A DNA stretch of 64,000 bases from Raja brachyura (taxonomy: Eukaryota), in the NCBI GenBank assembly GCA_963514005.1, contig OY740801.1:19282001-19346000 (forward strand). The letters run 5' to 3'. A program made the translations under genes and the position numbers. Numbering within the stretch: the first letter of the stretch is position 1; each line of letters starts with the position of its first letter. The notes under the pieces were generated by a model that worked only from the letters and a program-made list of their open reading frames with translations, was not told where the DNA came from and ran no database searches. Shown piece by piece: positions 38,460 through 52,359 of this stretch.

Positions 38460-40570
38460 AAAAGTAAAGTTAGAAACTGTAGGGCAGCTCACCTGAGATT
38501 AGGTATTGGCAAAGTACTTCAAGCCATTAGCAATGATGTTGTAATGGGGCATTAGGGTATCATGGTTTTATGAAGAAAATATAATGTTTGACAATTATAA
38601 TAGCATTTTACAGGATATAAATAACAGAGCATTCAAGGGTACACCAATGAGTGAGATATATGTGGGTTTTCAAAAGACCATTGAAGAAGATGTCGCTCAA
38701 AGTTATCACTAAGCAAGGGTCTGTGGGGGTGTAATTATGGCCTGCGAGATGTTAGAGCATAAATAAAGAGAAATAGTTAATGGTTTAGGCTTTGAGATTT
38801 CACCTATTTACATTAATGACCTTGATTAAAAGACAAGAATGAATATACATTTGCCAGTTGCACAATGCTAAGAGGGAAAGAGAATTGTTAAGAGGGTTAT
38901 GTTAGCGAAAAGTGAGATAGCAGATGGAGCAAAAGGAGAGGTTGTCAACTTTGAGTGAAAGAGTAGAAAAGTAGATATTTATTTAAAAGGTGAGGAATCA
39001 TAAAGTGGGTCCTGCTGTGTTGCTTCGGGGGTGGAGGAAGTAAACCTGCAGCTTCATCAAACAAGTAGAAAAAAAGCTGATACATCCAGCTTCACACAAG
39101 GAGGTTGGAAAGCAGAACTAAGAGTGTCCTGCTGCTATTTTACAAGCTTTAGAAAGAGCATAGTGGAGTGCCGTGTGTGGTTTGGGCCTCACTGCACTGA
39201 CTTTGGAGCCAATTCCAAGTAGATTTATAATTCCCAGGATGAGAATGGTAGTGCATGGCCATAAAGATTAGGAACACACAGATGTCCACAGTCCCTTGAG
39301 CTATTCAATAAAATCATGGTTGCTCTGACATTTCTGCACCCTTTCTACTTGACCCTTGATTCCCTTGATGATAAGAAATCTATCTGTCTGAGCGTTCAAT
39401 ACATACCAGGACTCTGCCCCCATTCCTGTGGAAAGGGGTTCCAAAGATTCACAATGGTCAAAAAGAAGAAATATTTCCTCATCTCAGTGTTAAATTGGCA
39501 CCATTTGAGACCTTGCCTTTTGTTGTGGAATTTCCCATGATAGCAAACACCCTCTCATCATTTACTCAGCTGAGATGCCCAAGCGTCTGTTATGTTTCAA
39601 CAAGATTGTTTCTCATTGTTCTAAACCCCAATGAGTAGAGTCCCAACTTTGTTAGTCATAGAGTTTTGGAGTCGTAGGAAGGTACATCACAGAAGCACAC
39701 TCTATGTATCATCAAGTCCAAATGGACCATCAATCAACCATCGTAGTTAATCGTATATTAATCCCATTTTAAAATTCCCCCACATTCACATCAACCTACC
39801 CATCTATAGTCAGTTAAATTTACAATGGGCAATGAACCTACCAACCAGCAGTTTTTGGCTTGTGGGAAGAAACTATAGCGCAGGGGGAAAACTCACGTGG
39901 CCGAAGACTGAACGTGCAAACTCCACACGGATGGTGCCCGAGGACAAGTTTGAACCAGAGTGTCCAGCACTGTGAGATACTGGCTCTTCCAGCTGTGCCA
40001 CTGTACTGCACTTGTTTACCTTTTTCTTGTAGAACACCCTTCTGTACTTGGAACCATCACAATTAACCTTCTGTGAGCCACCTCCAAAGATATAATTTAT
40101 GTTCTTCAACAGGTGCAATAAATTGTTCAAAATATAATTGTAAGAATCTGAGCAGAAGAAGCTTGGTTGCGTCGGCTGCACTATTCAATAAGATTATTAG
40201 CAATCTGATCTTCACCTTTATCTCAAACTCCCTGTCAATCCTCAAAGCATTGATTCCTTTATAAACCAATTAACTATCTATCTATATTTAATAGCTTAGC
40301 ATCAACTGCTCCCCAGACTAGTCAATTTCAAAGATTCACAATCCTTTAAAATAGGACATTTATTTTCTCAACTTAAAGTGGCTGAGCCCCGATCATGAGA
40401 CATGACCCCAATCCCAGGTTCCTTCATGAGACAGAGAATCCTCATAACATCTACTCTATTAAACCCCTCAGAATTTCATGTCCCATGAGGTCATCTCTGT
40501 AATCTTTTAAAGCAGAGAGTATAGACCTTATCTGTTCAATCTTTGCTGATAAGTCAAGCACCTCTTTCCA
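38460..40570. mobile_element. Cluster of old CR1 fragments (both strands) and a degraded HE1 SINE (~39690-40005, minus)
   Basis: Degraded RT-like sequence at 38530-39250, CR1-tail-like blocks at 39270-39660 and 40170-40570, and a SINE core GAACGTGCAAACTCCACAC. Confidence 0.6.
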
Positions 40571-40582
40571 GATTTAAAAAAA

Positions 40583-40870
40583 AGACACAATGTGCCGGAA
40601 TAACTCAGCAGGTCAGGCAGCATCCTTGGAGAACATGGATTGTCAATGTTTCGGGTTCGAACCTTTCTTCAGACTGATCGTAGTTGGGGAGAAAAAGCTG
40701 GGTGGAAGCAGGGCAAAGTCTGGCAAGTGGTAGGTTGATACAGATGAGGGGGTTCAATTGGAAAATAGGTGGACAAAGGCAAGAGATGAAATAAAGATCA
40801 AAGTCTGAGAAAAGTGTGAAATGTGAAGCCACAGGAAGGGATATAGGTGAAAGGGGATGGGGGGACAGTC
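40583..40870 (-). mobile_element. Penelope-type 3' remnant with hammerhead-like core
   Basis: Minus strand reads CAGT-CTGAAGA-AAGGTT-CG-AACCC-GAAA-CATT (40676-40645). Confidence 0.75.
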
Positions 40871-41749
40871 GAGAGGCGAGATAGTGGTAGAAATGGGTGT
40901 GCATCCAGGTGGGGTACTGGATATAGAGTCCCTTCCCCCATTCCTCCCATCCTCCTCCCCGCACCACTTCTCTTCCCCATTGGGAATAGGCTATTCAGCC
41001 CTGCAAGCCAACCCTGCCATTCACTAGGATCAGCCATTCGTGGCTAATTCCACTGAACCTTTTAGAAGAATGAGAACATCAACTAGAGACAATCTCATTA
41101 TTGCAAGATGGCCAAAGTCACTGAGGACACGGCTTAGCTGTGTTCCATATCGTCCCACTCATGTGTTAAATGATCATTAATATTTAGCTGTGGTTTCTTG
41201 AGAAAGTAAAGCAACAGTTGCCATTTGGCCGTCTTTCTCTGCAGATTGAAGGAGCACATGCTCAGGCCAGGCACAGTGCTAAGTGTTCAACATGGCTTTA
41301 CTATCTTTGCATCTCTTCAGATTTTATAGAGTGCATAAAGTTTAAATGCTGAACTAATGAACCAATTCTCCAGAGCTATTCAGAGGTGCTAAAAACTGCC
41401 TTGGCCAAGATTCATGGGCTCTTAAACAAAAGGTTTACAACTCAGTAGATCAAATTAAAGCTCAAAACAAGTTATCCACTTGTCAGCTAATGACCAACAG
41501 GATATTGGAGATCTGCAGCTTAGCAGTTGTTGGTGTGACAGACCTGCTGGCTTTCAGACATTCCCTTGTTATGAGTTCAGGACTCCAGAGTGATGGCTGA
41601 GGTGTGGCATCTGCCCCGGTTAACTGCTGGACCTAGCATGCTTGTGCTGCACCTACATGCTGCTCATGGTCCATCAGCAAAGCTGCTCTCTTCGGATCTC
41701 CTAGCTCTGGGACTGGGGAACCTGCTGGTTGATCCTTTCCTTTCATTTA

Positions 41750-42200
41750 AAAAATAAACTTCATTCATAATAAAATATATAAAGGAGAAAACAGTACAAA
41801 TCCTTTAATAAGCCCAACTTTCACGTTAGTCTATACATTCACTATTGCTGGTTTTATACAGTGTTAGTACATCTGTTCTGTTCATAGCAGCATTGCCACT
41901 CATGTGGCCCCTGGGGTAATACTCTCTTCTGTTTGAGGGCTTTCCCCACTGGAGTTCCTCAGTGACCAGAAGAAGTAGGACCCTCGACTGCACTCCTTCC
42001 CCAGCTAAGGTTCCTTCCCCACACAGAGCCTTTGCATTGTCTGCACTAAACTGCAGCAGGCCCTGCACATACTCCTGCACATACTCCTGCACATACTCCT
42101 GCACATACTCCTGCACATACTCCTGCACATACTCCTGCACATACTCCTGCCTTCTGGAATGTGCCAATTGGCAACATTCCCTTCAGACACTGTGCAAAAA
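41750..42200 (-). mobile_element. L1/Tx1-clade LINE 3' end
   Basis: Minus-strand peptide ...LAHSRRQEYV...QGLLQFSADNAKAL resembles the ORF2 C-terminus of fish/shark Tx1-like L1s (recalled); A/T-rich 3' tail at ~41750-41780. Confidence 0.6.
42062..42150. repeat. Perfect 12-bp tandem repeat (CCTGCACATACT)x7.4
   Basis: Seen directly. Confidence 0.97.
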
Positions 42201-43869
42201 ATACCCAACAAGTTTTGAGCAGACAAAATAATGTTTTTCACCTAGTTGCTAATCTTCCAGCAGCACTTGATGCCCATGTCTGAGTATGTCCCCATAAACA
42301 GCCCATAAATCAGAAGGAAATGGATGGATGACAGTTAAGATTGGGATCCTTCTTCGGACTAATGGAGTAGAGGGGAGAAAGCTGGTAGAAAGAGTTGAGG
42401 TGGAAGAGTGGTGCAAGAGCTGGTATGTGCTTGGTAGATCCAATGTAATGAGGGTTGATTGTCAGATGACTTGGGTGGGGAAGAGAAGCACGGAGATAGT
42501 AACCAAGACAAGAAGTGAGCGATGTTTTCAACCTGAACAGTTTGAAAGTCGGAAATGCGGCCACCCGATAATATATTTAAAGAAAACCATAGGGCAACTA
42601 GGGTAATGTAATTAAACCAGGCTGTTCAGTTATTGGTGTAAACCAGGTGCCCATAGGATAGAAGATGCCTGGTGCCCGACATCGACTGCATCCCGCTGTT
42701 CTTCCAGCACTCATTGATATGTACGGGCTGCACATAAGTCAGGCATTCATAACCTGGGGGGAGGGGGGGAGATCAAGATGTTTTCTACAGGAGTTAAATG
42801 CTGGGGAGAGCTTGTCTGTTTGAGCTAGTGTCAGGAGCTCCCTTAGAGTGGTACTGGAAAGTCAGCCTGTGTTTTGGGTGTAATATGCAGCAGTGGGTTT
42901 GTGAGTGAAGGTGGCCTAACACAGAGGTGGGTAGGTCGGAGGGGGGGGGGGGGGGGGGGGGAGGAAGGCTGCCCTTTGGGGGGGGGGGCAGGAGTGGGTA
43001 GGCTGCCCATTGAGTAGGGGGGGGGGGGTGAGGCTGCCCATTGTGTGTCAGCTCACATCTTGTGTGCACTCGCACACCAGGTAAAGGTATCAATGTCACC
43101 CAATCTTGGGGATAAGTCCTATATGCAGGAGTCCCAGGGAAAGTGATGATGGCAGAACTAGAAATATAAAGCCTTTATTCATGTTTGTTTGGAGCTGAAA
43201 ATTCATTGTTTATTTTAATCTTGTTTATGTGCTGTGAATTTTCTGTTTTATAAGAATTGACTAACAGGCAATTCAACATTAATTCCGAGTGTGGTCTTTC
43301 TCTAGGTGATTATATTTTTGTCATTCGCAACCATACGCTGTACAAAGACTTTGTGTGAACCTGTGCAATTATTAAAAATGAGTTGGCGAAGAGAATAGAT
43401 TGGAGGTGTTGAACCAGTCCACACTAGAACTTAGTAATGTTAATAGAAAAGCTATGTTTTGTATAAAGAGATGTGGCTGAAATCCATTCAACCCACGACG
43501 GTGTCATCTGGCATAGCTGTGAAGAGCGGGCAGAGAGCAGGGTTAATTGGATAGGACTTCCTAACGGCCAGCACAACCACAGTGGGCTGAAAGGCCTCCT
43601 GGGAGCCGCAGAATAATCGGCCAAGGTATAAATCTGAAATTGCACAGGATTCTTTAGTACCTTATAGCTTATGCAGTACCTCCAGAAAAAGGTAATTCAG
43701 CTGTTTGTCGAGATCATCAAGTGTTCTGAGAGCAAATGTTAGCAGATAGATTGTGGAAGCAAAGCAGTTTGGAAAGCCAGTCCTACGTTTGTGGCTAATG
43801 TGCAATTTATGTTGCAGACTTGTGCCTACTCCAGATCACTCACTCGTGTGTGGAGCTGTCTCTGTGACC

Positions 43870-44180
43870 CAGGCTGACACTCCAGTGCAGTGGTGTGGGG
43901 CAGTGTTGCATTGCTGCAGGTTTTGCCTTCTGCACAAGGCATTAAGCAGAAGCTCTACCTACAGTCCCAGAGTGTATGAAAGATCTTGTGGCACTAGACT
44001 GCTGAAGAGCAAGGAACATCACTGCAATCTTGATTGCCTGCTCAATTTCACTTGGCTGTTCATGTGAATTTCCTATCTGCATATTTGGTTTCCTGTGGTA
44101 TAGCAGTGACCACACTTCAACAGTTCGTCACTGCCTGTAAGATGCTTTAAAACATTGGGAAGGGGATGTTAGATATGCAT
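43870..44180 (+). mobile_element. Ancient DeuSINE (SacSINE1-like)
   Basis: CAGGCTGACACTCCAGTGCAGT...AAAGATCTTGTGGCACTA...GAAGAGCAAGG...CAGTGACCACACTTCAA; a further partial copy lies at ~44995-45125. Confidence 0.7.
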
Positions 44181-45539
44181 GTGTGTAGGTCCACTCCTTT
44201 CCTCAACCTGTGCATTCAAGGCTGTGCATCTGCCTTTGGTCTCCAATCTTGAACCAAATTCCTTTACCAATACACTGGCTCACTCTTAGGAATTACCCGA
44301 TCCAACCGCATCAAGATCACCTCCTGAGACCAGCTCCTAAGTAGTAAATCTGGTTTTAATTTTGCCAAGGTGTACTCAACTTAACCCATCAATTGAGAGA
44401 TTTCTACAAAGTTTACTGAGACTTGTCTTAATAATTATCTGGCGATTAAAGGAGGCTTGGTTATGATACTGAGGATAAGGATGAGCACTTGATTCTCTGA
44501 ATCTTATTTACAGGAATTCTGTTATATTTTTCTCTGCAACTGCTCGATCAATCTCCTCGCTGTAGGAATTTATTCTTCCAGCTGTTCTCGTTGACAGACT
44601 ATGGGTCTGATTCATAGAGCTAAAGTACCATGTTTAAAATGATGACTGTCTATGGATAAATCTGTTCTCTTTGTTGAATGCAAAAGATTCTGCATGCTAT
44701 TTCACAGGAAGTGCCCATTCAGCCATTCAGGTCCATGATCACCAACAATCGACACATCCCATAGATCCTATCCCTGTTTCCCTGCAACGTTACCTCTCTT
44801 GCAGCCAATTAATCTACTGGTTTGATTTTGGGAAACTGGAGGTAATCCACACAATCACAGCGAGGATGTGTAAACTCCACACAGACAGCACCCAAGGTCA
44901 TGATCAAACTCCAGTCTCTGGGGGATGGGGGATAATGGTGCTATCTGTTATGCCACCCACAGCCAACTCTTGCATTTGGTACAGGGTTCTGCCAAGTGTA
45001 CTGCCGATATTTACCCTGCCACCAACATATAATGAGAAATTAACCTGTTGTCAATTACATTTCCATTTGTGAGAGCATTTGTGTGAAAACAGTGGCAATA
45101 ATGACCACTTCAAAAGTACTTAACTGTCATTCCTTTCAGCAATACTTTCCTTCCCTCTCAATGTAAGTAAAATGCAGTGCAGTCAAACTCAGCTGCAAAC
45201 AACCCCTCAGCTAATATTGTTCTCCCATACAGTGTTCTGTGGGGATGAATAGGGCTCCTTAGGGTGTTTGTTATGAGGCAACAATGTTATACATTGGGCA
45301 ACTGGAATATTTGCAAGAATGTAGAAAAGGATAAGGAGATTGTACATTCATAGCCGTATGCTCACTTAAGAATGCAGAGCATTTTGGGTGACTTTAAATG
45401 AAGCAAGTAAACAGGGTTCCAGAAAATCAATAGATCTCATCACAAGAGTTTCTATCTGATTGCATTCTTCACTTGACAAAAGAAGTTCTTACAATTAAGG
45501 AACATTCTGTGTTTCTAAATTGGGAAAATTGGATTGTTG

Positions 45540-46340
45540 GCACACTGTCATGGTGTCAGGATATGGTGTGCCAAGGTATGTCATGGTATAACATCTCATC
45601 CCATCGTACTGTGACACTGTATTTTGCTACACTGCTGCGCCAGCCAGGATACGCTGTGACTTCTCATCCGTCCATGGTGCGATGTCTTGTAATGGCAGCA
45701 GTAATGTACATAACATCCTAATATATGTGATATCTCATCTGCTAATCATTTGCTCTCTCAACCTGCAATGATATATCATTTCAGCCTGTAATGGCATGCC
45801 GTCTTGTCCTGGCATGGTGTGGCACTAGCCCTGTAATACTAAGCCACCTTGTCCTGACTTGATGCAGCACCCATCTTGTAATGGTTTGCCATCAAATTCT
45901 GATTGTGGCACTTGTCCTGTAATGCTGTGCCATCTTGACCTGACGTGTTGCAGCACTTGTCCTGTAATGATGTGCCACCTTGTTCTGCTGTGTATTGTGG
46001 GACTCATCCTGCAATGGAGTGCCACCTTTTCCTGAAATGTTGCAGCACTTGTCCTGTAACGGTGTGCCATCACGTCCTGACGTGCGGTGGTACTTGTCCT
46101 GTGATAGTGTTCCATCTGGTCCTGATGTGCAGTGGCATCTGTAATGGCATAATTTCCCTAGACTTGATATGAAACTGTCTTTCAATAGTGTGCCATCCTG
46201 TCCTATATCAGTGTTCTATCTTGGTCTGATATGATGTGACATCTTGTCTCCAATGGTGAGCTTTTCTGTCCTGTAATGATATGTCATCTTTCCCTGTAAT
46301 GATGTGCCATTTTGTCCTGTGGTTGTGTGATGTCATTATA
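45540..46340. repeat. Degenerate minisatellite with ~22-bp monomers organised as ~45-bp dimers
   Basis: CTTGTCCTGT anchors at 45911, 45956, 46003 (variant), 46048 and 46093; monomer approximately CCATCTTGTCCTGTAATGATGTG. Confidence 0.8.
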
Positions 46341-47489
46341 AAGCAATTTTTTTTTTTGCAGGGCTAATATTGCTGGAACATGCATCGGTGCTCATTAACT
46401 CTTTCAGAAACAATTATATCTGCTCACTTTTAAACGAACGCAGGCTAAATACCAAAACATGACAAAGTTTCCCATTATAACAGCTCGCAGATTTATTTTC
46501 TGGTAATTATAATTCGTTGTGTGGTAATTATAATTAATTACTGGAAAGTTCAATGTTGAAGCTGTGTAGAAACATTAGCGTGTAAAGTTAGCTCTCATGG
46601 GACTGCTGGTCAGTGGGAGGGTGTGACTCAGAAGCTGGCTGCCGTTGCTAACGCTCCTAGATTGTCCTGGAGTCCCCTGCAATAAAAGATTAATTTCCTG
46701 GGCTCTGCTGCGAGCAATTCGGAGGGAGCTAAATACCTCACAAAATTCTTGGACCACCTTTCCTCGTTAATTTAAAAATATTGGTGATGTGAACAAGTGA
46801 GGTTGTCTCATTGTTTTGGGGCCTGGAGATTGAAAGAGGATGTTTTTTTGCGATAATACTTACTGGAATAAATCCGACCAAATTAGGCAACTCACTTGAC
46901 ATTGGGAGGACTTTAGGGAAGAGGACAGGGGAATAATGAGCATGGCTCATGAACATCTGTTGCCACTAGAAACTGCTTTGATTAGGTCCGATTATGCCGG
47001 TCTCTCTCCATCATCGTGCATTGTGTCTGGAGCAGCATTGAAATCTTGAATCCTCCAATGTATTTTTTAAGAATGAGCATATATCCAAAGAGATTACAGT
47101 AACTGTGAATGCAAGTACAGCAGCCAATCTTTAAGCAATAAAATCGCACAAATAGACGAGGGAGCAGTGAAGAGTTTCTTTGCCATTTGTAACGGTTGGG
47201 TGGCCACTGACAGGTAACCTCCCAGCACATTGACGTACAGGCCTAGATTATGCGTTCAACGCTAATTGGCAGAGAAGAGCCGTGAAAAGCCTTTCCAGTC
47301 CTGTAAATATCAAGCTGCCATGATTGTGCTGCAATATCATAATTGTGACATTAGCAGAGGGATTAATGGTCAAGTGAATTGAGGATAGGATGTCATAGAC
47401 TAGCCTGAACATGTCTAAATCCCCTTGCGTCAGTGAATTTCCATTCTGCTCATCAATTAAATATATCTGCAGTAAACATGTTGCCATCA

Positions 47490-47710
47490 GTCATGGTGAC
47501 CCTTCAATTACTGGACTGATACGGAAGCCATCTGGTTCATTAATGTCCTTCAGGAGAGAAAAGTTGCTGTCGTGCCCTAGTCTGGTGTCTACGTGACTCC
47601 AATAGCATGGTTGACTTGAACTCTCTACAGTCGGTTCAAGGACATACTGTAAATGGATGAGCAATTAGTATCAGCCCTTCCAGCATCATTCTCATCTGTG
47701 AAAGAATAAA
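47490..47710 (+). mobile_element. Old SINE/LINE-tail fragment
   Basis: CCATCTGGTTCATTAATGTCCTTCAGG...GTGACTCCA...GGTTGACT...GAAAGAATAAA; a related minus-strand copy lies at ~32500-32730. Confidence 0.55.
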
Positions 47711-48084
47711 GCATTTGCTGGCTTAGAAAATAGTACTTGCCTAAATCAAGTGTTAAATTCCAGAATGGGCAACTTGGATAGTTGGTGGTACTGGGAAATG
47801 GGTTAGTGGGAGAAAGGTGGGATTCTAGGTCTCATTTAGGAGATGATAGAGGACTCCCAGACTAACCTAGGAGACTGCGCAACAGCAGCCAGCCCTCTGA
47901 CTCACAACCTCCCACTGACCAGGGTCCCACGGGACCATAACTCCATAAGCCAATCTTTATACACACTATCAACAGTGCGGAGGCAGAATGAGCATTACCA
48001 TTGTCATAGAAACCTAGAAGGCACCTGCTAACTAGAAGATGATGGATGCCTTATACCCTCTGATATTGACACAGATAAGCAAAA

Positions 48085-48530
48085 AACAAACTGCTGGAGG
48101 AACATAGCAGTCAGGCAACATCTGTGGAGGGAACACCTCAGATGAGAAATTCAGACCCAAAATGTTGACTGTCCAGAGATGCTGCCTGACCTACTGAGTT
48201 CTCAGCTTCTCGTTTTCACCCTACAAACGGCTAACAATGGCCTGTTTCCTTTATCATCGTTACTGTTTTGCATATCTTTTATTTATTGTTCTTTATCTCT
48301 CTACATCACTGTCTATATCTCTCGTTTCTCTTGTCCCTAACCAGTCTGAAGAAGGGTCTCGACCCAAAATGTCACCCATTCGTTCTCTCCAGAGATTATG
48401 CCTGTCCCGCTGAGTTAAACAAGCTTTTTGTGTCTATCTTTGGTTTAAACTAGCATCTGCAGTTCCTTCCTACAGTTTGTTTCTTTCACCAGATTCAAGC
48501 ATAAGCAGTGCTTGTCTCTACATGGCTCAG
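48085..48530. mobile_element. Nested Penelope-type remnants
   Basis: Inverted pair at 48085-48205, interrupted by a second copy (48205-48473) containing CCAGT-CTGAAGA-AGGGTC-TC-GACCC-AAAA-TGTC. Confidence 0.75.
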
Positions 48531-49524
48531 GTAAGATAAGGTAGATAAGCTGTGTAAATGTTATCAATGCAAACCTTGACCCTACAATACAGACCAGATG
48601 CAATGTCTGACTCTGCCCAGCTCAATTCCCCATATAATAACATAATCCATTTCAACTTTCTAAACATAAATTTGATTGAGGATACTTTTAAAAAGCTTTC
48701 TTTCATTCATTCATTTTTAATTTGTATTTCCTTTTCAACATCCACTTGCATTTCCAGCCTTAAAAATACTCCACAGAAGAACATTTCCACCCTGCTCTAA
48801 CAGGATCCAAGCATTTTAAAGAAGCGCAAAGGATATAATTATTTTAAGAAACACTCCAGCTTTCAATCTGGTTAATTTATTAATAAACCCAGAAGCTTTT
48901 CTCAGTAATCTTTGAACCTATTTCCTTGATCCAGCTGTGAAGATGCCAGCACTGCACAAGACAGTAGGGAGCAGGCATATTTATTCTCCAACTCCCATTG
49001 GTGCTTTAATATTTCTCTGCTAAGTTACAGGGAAATTGGCTGCATGCCTCTGCCTCACACTTCAAAGGAGAACAGACCATCTAATGATCTTTAATTTGGT
49101 GAATTACTCAAAAGGAAAGAATATTTTAATTTGCTCCATGTTAGCTGTCACTGTTTTGTTTCCCCTGCTCCTCTCTCATTCTTACTGTTCATCTTCATTG
49201 TCCATGTTTATTGAACCTTTCATTCCTTGTAAATGTTTCTCATTTCATCCAATTGAAGTTTAGGTTTTTTCTGGGATCTACTAATCCAGCTGTGCCCTTG
49301 AAAATGACTGCCAAACTTTTTCCCATCCTTGGTTTTCGGTTCCTTCCACAATCTTTAGGTCTTCAAGTACAAACCTGGCATTGTCCCAATCCACTACTTG
49401 TATTTGAACATATACAGGCTGCCTGCAGCTTGCTTAAGTGTTTCATTCTTGCGAACTGTCCGCTAACTGATTTTTCCGTAGGTCAGAAGAAGGCAATTTC
49501 AGTGAAGGTCGATTAATATGAACA

Positions 49525-49992
49525 TGGAAATAGTGCAGAGAAGATTTATGAGAATGTTGCCAGGACTTGAGGAACTGAGCTATCGAGAATGGTTGGGCAG
49601 GCTATGATTTTATTCCTTGGAGCACAGGAGGCTGAGGGGTGATGTCATAACTGTGTAAAATCATGAGGGGAATTAATAGGGTGAATGCAGTCTTTTACTG
49701 AGGGTAGGGGACTCAAAAATAAGAATACATATGCTTAAGATGAGAGGGGCAAGATGTAATACGAATTTGAGGGGCAATATTTTCACTCGGAGGGTGATGG
49801 GTATATGGAGCGAGTTGCCAGAGGAGGTAGTTGAGGCGGGTACTATAATATCATTTAAAAGTAACTTGGGTAAGAAATGTTTAGAGGGATATCGGTCAAA
49901 TGCGGGTAAATGGGACTAGTTACGATGGGGCATATTGGTTGGCATGGATGGGTTGGGCCAAGCCTGTTTCCAGGTTGTCTGACTATGACTCT
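49525..49992 (+). mobile_element. CR1-clade LINE 3' fragment
   Basis: Peptide LRGNIFTRRVMGIWSELPEEVVEAG; GACTATGACTCT tail. Confidence 0.9.
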
Positions 49993-52359
49993 GTTTACTT
50001 ATTGTCTTCCTGTGTAGTTACACTGGTACAGGATCATAATGTCCAACATCTAATGGTTTGACGGCCTTCTAGTATTAATGGACATTATGTCGCTCGATAA
50101 AATATTTTACGTGTCAATAAAAGAGATTTGTCTTTTCAGTTTCCAAAGAATTCCTCTTGTGGCCTCCCACTGAGAACCGGCAGCTATGTTTTTAAAGAGA
50201 ATCTGTTTGATTACTGCAGAAAAGTTACATCTAAATAGTTTTTTTTTTTAAGACTGTTTGTCCTGAATTAACTAGGTGCTACCTAAACTCCTGAGGAGGT
50301 TTGCATTTCTGTAAATGAATTTGCTGTCTTGAAAAAATTATGCGTAAAGTCGGATTACCATAAACTCAGTTTTCTGTAACTCCGGGAGCCCATATACCTG
50401 GACAGGAAAGGAATAGAGAAACATGGACCTAATGCAGACCAATGGGATTAGCACGGACAGGCATTACAGTCGGGGTGTATTGGGTGGACCGTAGGGGGTC
50501 TAATTCTGTGCTGTACAATTCCATGACTCTATTAAAACACCAGCCTAGAGGTGAGCAAAGATTCAGGGAAGGGGAGGACATGGTTTCAGTTTGTGTGACC
50601 ATCTCCTGCCCCTCACTGACCAGTGTAACGTATGGGCCCACCCCGGTGAGAGGCGTGCCCATTCACCATGCAGACGAATGTCCCTCTCGTATCGCACTGA
50701 ACCTCTGCAGTGAAATAGAGCACTGAAAACTCAAGCAGGCAGACGCAAACAACTGCACATCATTGTTGTGGAGACTCTCTCGGGCACATACACTTGCTGA
50801 TCTGCTGCCGGGCTTGCACCGTGCCTTATCTTGAGTTAAAAGCAAAGGACATGGGTCACTCTACAATTTCTTGGTTAGGTCGAGATGAGGGGCCTCTGCA
50901 TTGGTACAGTCCGTCATCAAGAGTGCAGCTGATGCCAGAATAACATTAACTGCGCTAGAGTGAGCCGCATGCGGAAGTGACTAGTTAGCTACCAATATGT
51001 GAAGTGGCTTTCATGTGAGATTTACATATGAAAAAGAGTACCAGATGTACACACAAGGCCTCAAAACAAGGCACCATCTATCATCTCAAAGCAGAGCACA
51101 ATTCCGGGGGGAAAAAAGCACCGCCCCTCTCTCTAAAGTGCTGCCGAGGGCGAGTTAAACAAAAGGTGGGAAACGCATCAGACACGAGGCCAAATAGTTA
51201 ACAGGTGCGGGCATCTGCTCCCCCATTATGGAGTACACGGAGAACAGATTTTAGGTTCCAGTCCACTCGTGGTAGAGGAGAGGTAATTGCTGAGGAGAAA
51301 AGGCCATGGTCTTTCCAAACTTTCAAGTTGTTCCAAGTCATGCAGTTGGCTTCTATGCATGGTTTGCATATTGGAAGCTGTAGGGTACCGAGATTGTGCA
51401 GGGTAGTAAACAAACATGAAAGCACTGTTCTTTGTACATTCTGTATGTGAGATCCTTTTCACTTTGACTGTCGATGTCACAACCCTGCAAAACGTCCTTT
51501 CTCTAAACTCTGGTTTAGCTCTCCTCCAGTCAGACCTAATTAAACAAGTCTGTCGTACCATCCTGTCCATTCATTATGTGTGGGCAGTGTAATTGTGTTT
51601 CAGGTTCCCAACTTCAAACGATGTTAGCAGAGAAACTGCAGAGTGGGTGGAGTTTAAATTCTGCTGGTGTAACCTTAAAGTTGTTCTTGTTAAATCCGTG
51701 CTCTAATCAGAGGCCAGGAATTCTTCCTAATTGCTTCACAGAATCGGACCAGTCAGCCCAACCAGGTCATGCAGAGTTTACCCTCAGTCTCAGTTAAAAA
51801 TCTATCCTGTTATTAACCTGTGTCCCTTTTTTCCCCCATCTCAGCACCTCTCCGATCTACATTACTGCTGCAACCACTAATCATTGCTGTAAATTCCATA
51901 CCTTCTCAGTATCCTGCATAAAGAAGCTTTTCCAGCTCCCAAATCTTTGACATTCATTCTTTAACATCTATAAATTGGCACATTGCATGACCTTCCATCC
52001 CAATTGGAGCACACAATGAATGGACACATGTCCGTACTTAAAGACACATAACAAAGGTGATGTCAGCATTGTGCCTGAATTGTCTCCAGTGAAGTGTCTT
52101 TGGACATCTTACTGGACTGGACCCAGTTGCAGTATCTCTCTGGTCATCAAAACTATTAAAAATGCTGCTCTTATGCACCCAGAGGGATGTGCTACTGTGT
52201 AAATGAGCCATGGACAATCACTTGAGTTACAATTTCAGCTGCCTGCAAACTCAATTGAAGATGGTTCTCAAAGATGTGTTCAGAGCTTGGGTGGAGGTGG
52301 GATGCGACAGACTGCTTGAGGCAATGGTGGTGGTTGGAGCTGCAAGGGATTTTCTTCAC

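Noticed and set aside
42940-43030. Long G runs as functional G-quadruplexes (also 12386, 24027, 29306, 30988, 53188, 55806, 58604)
   Set aside because: Simple homopolymers of uncertain assembled length, often inside repeats; no evidence of function.
42062-46340. CRISPR-like interpretation of the tandem arrays
   Set aside because: Eukaryotic context, no unique spacers, no cas genes.
50965-50979. CCGCATGCGGAAGTG NRF1/ETS-like composite motif
   Set aside because: Isolated, outside a CpG island, with no adjacent exon signal.
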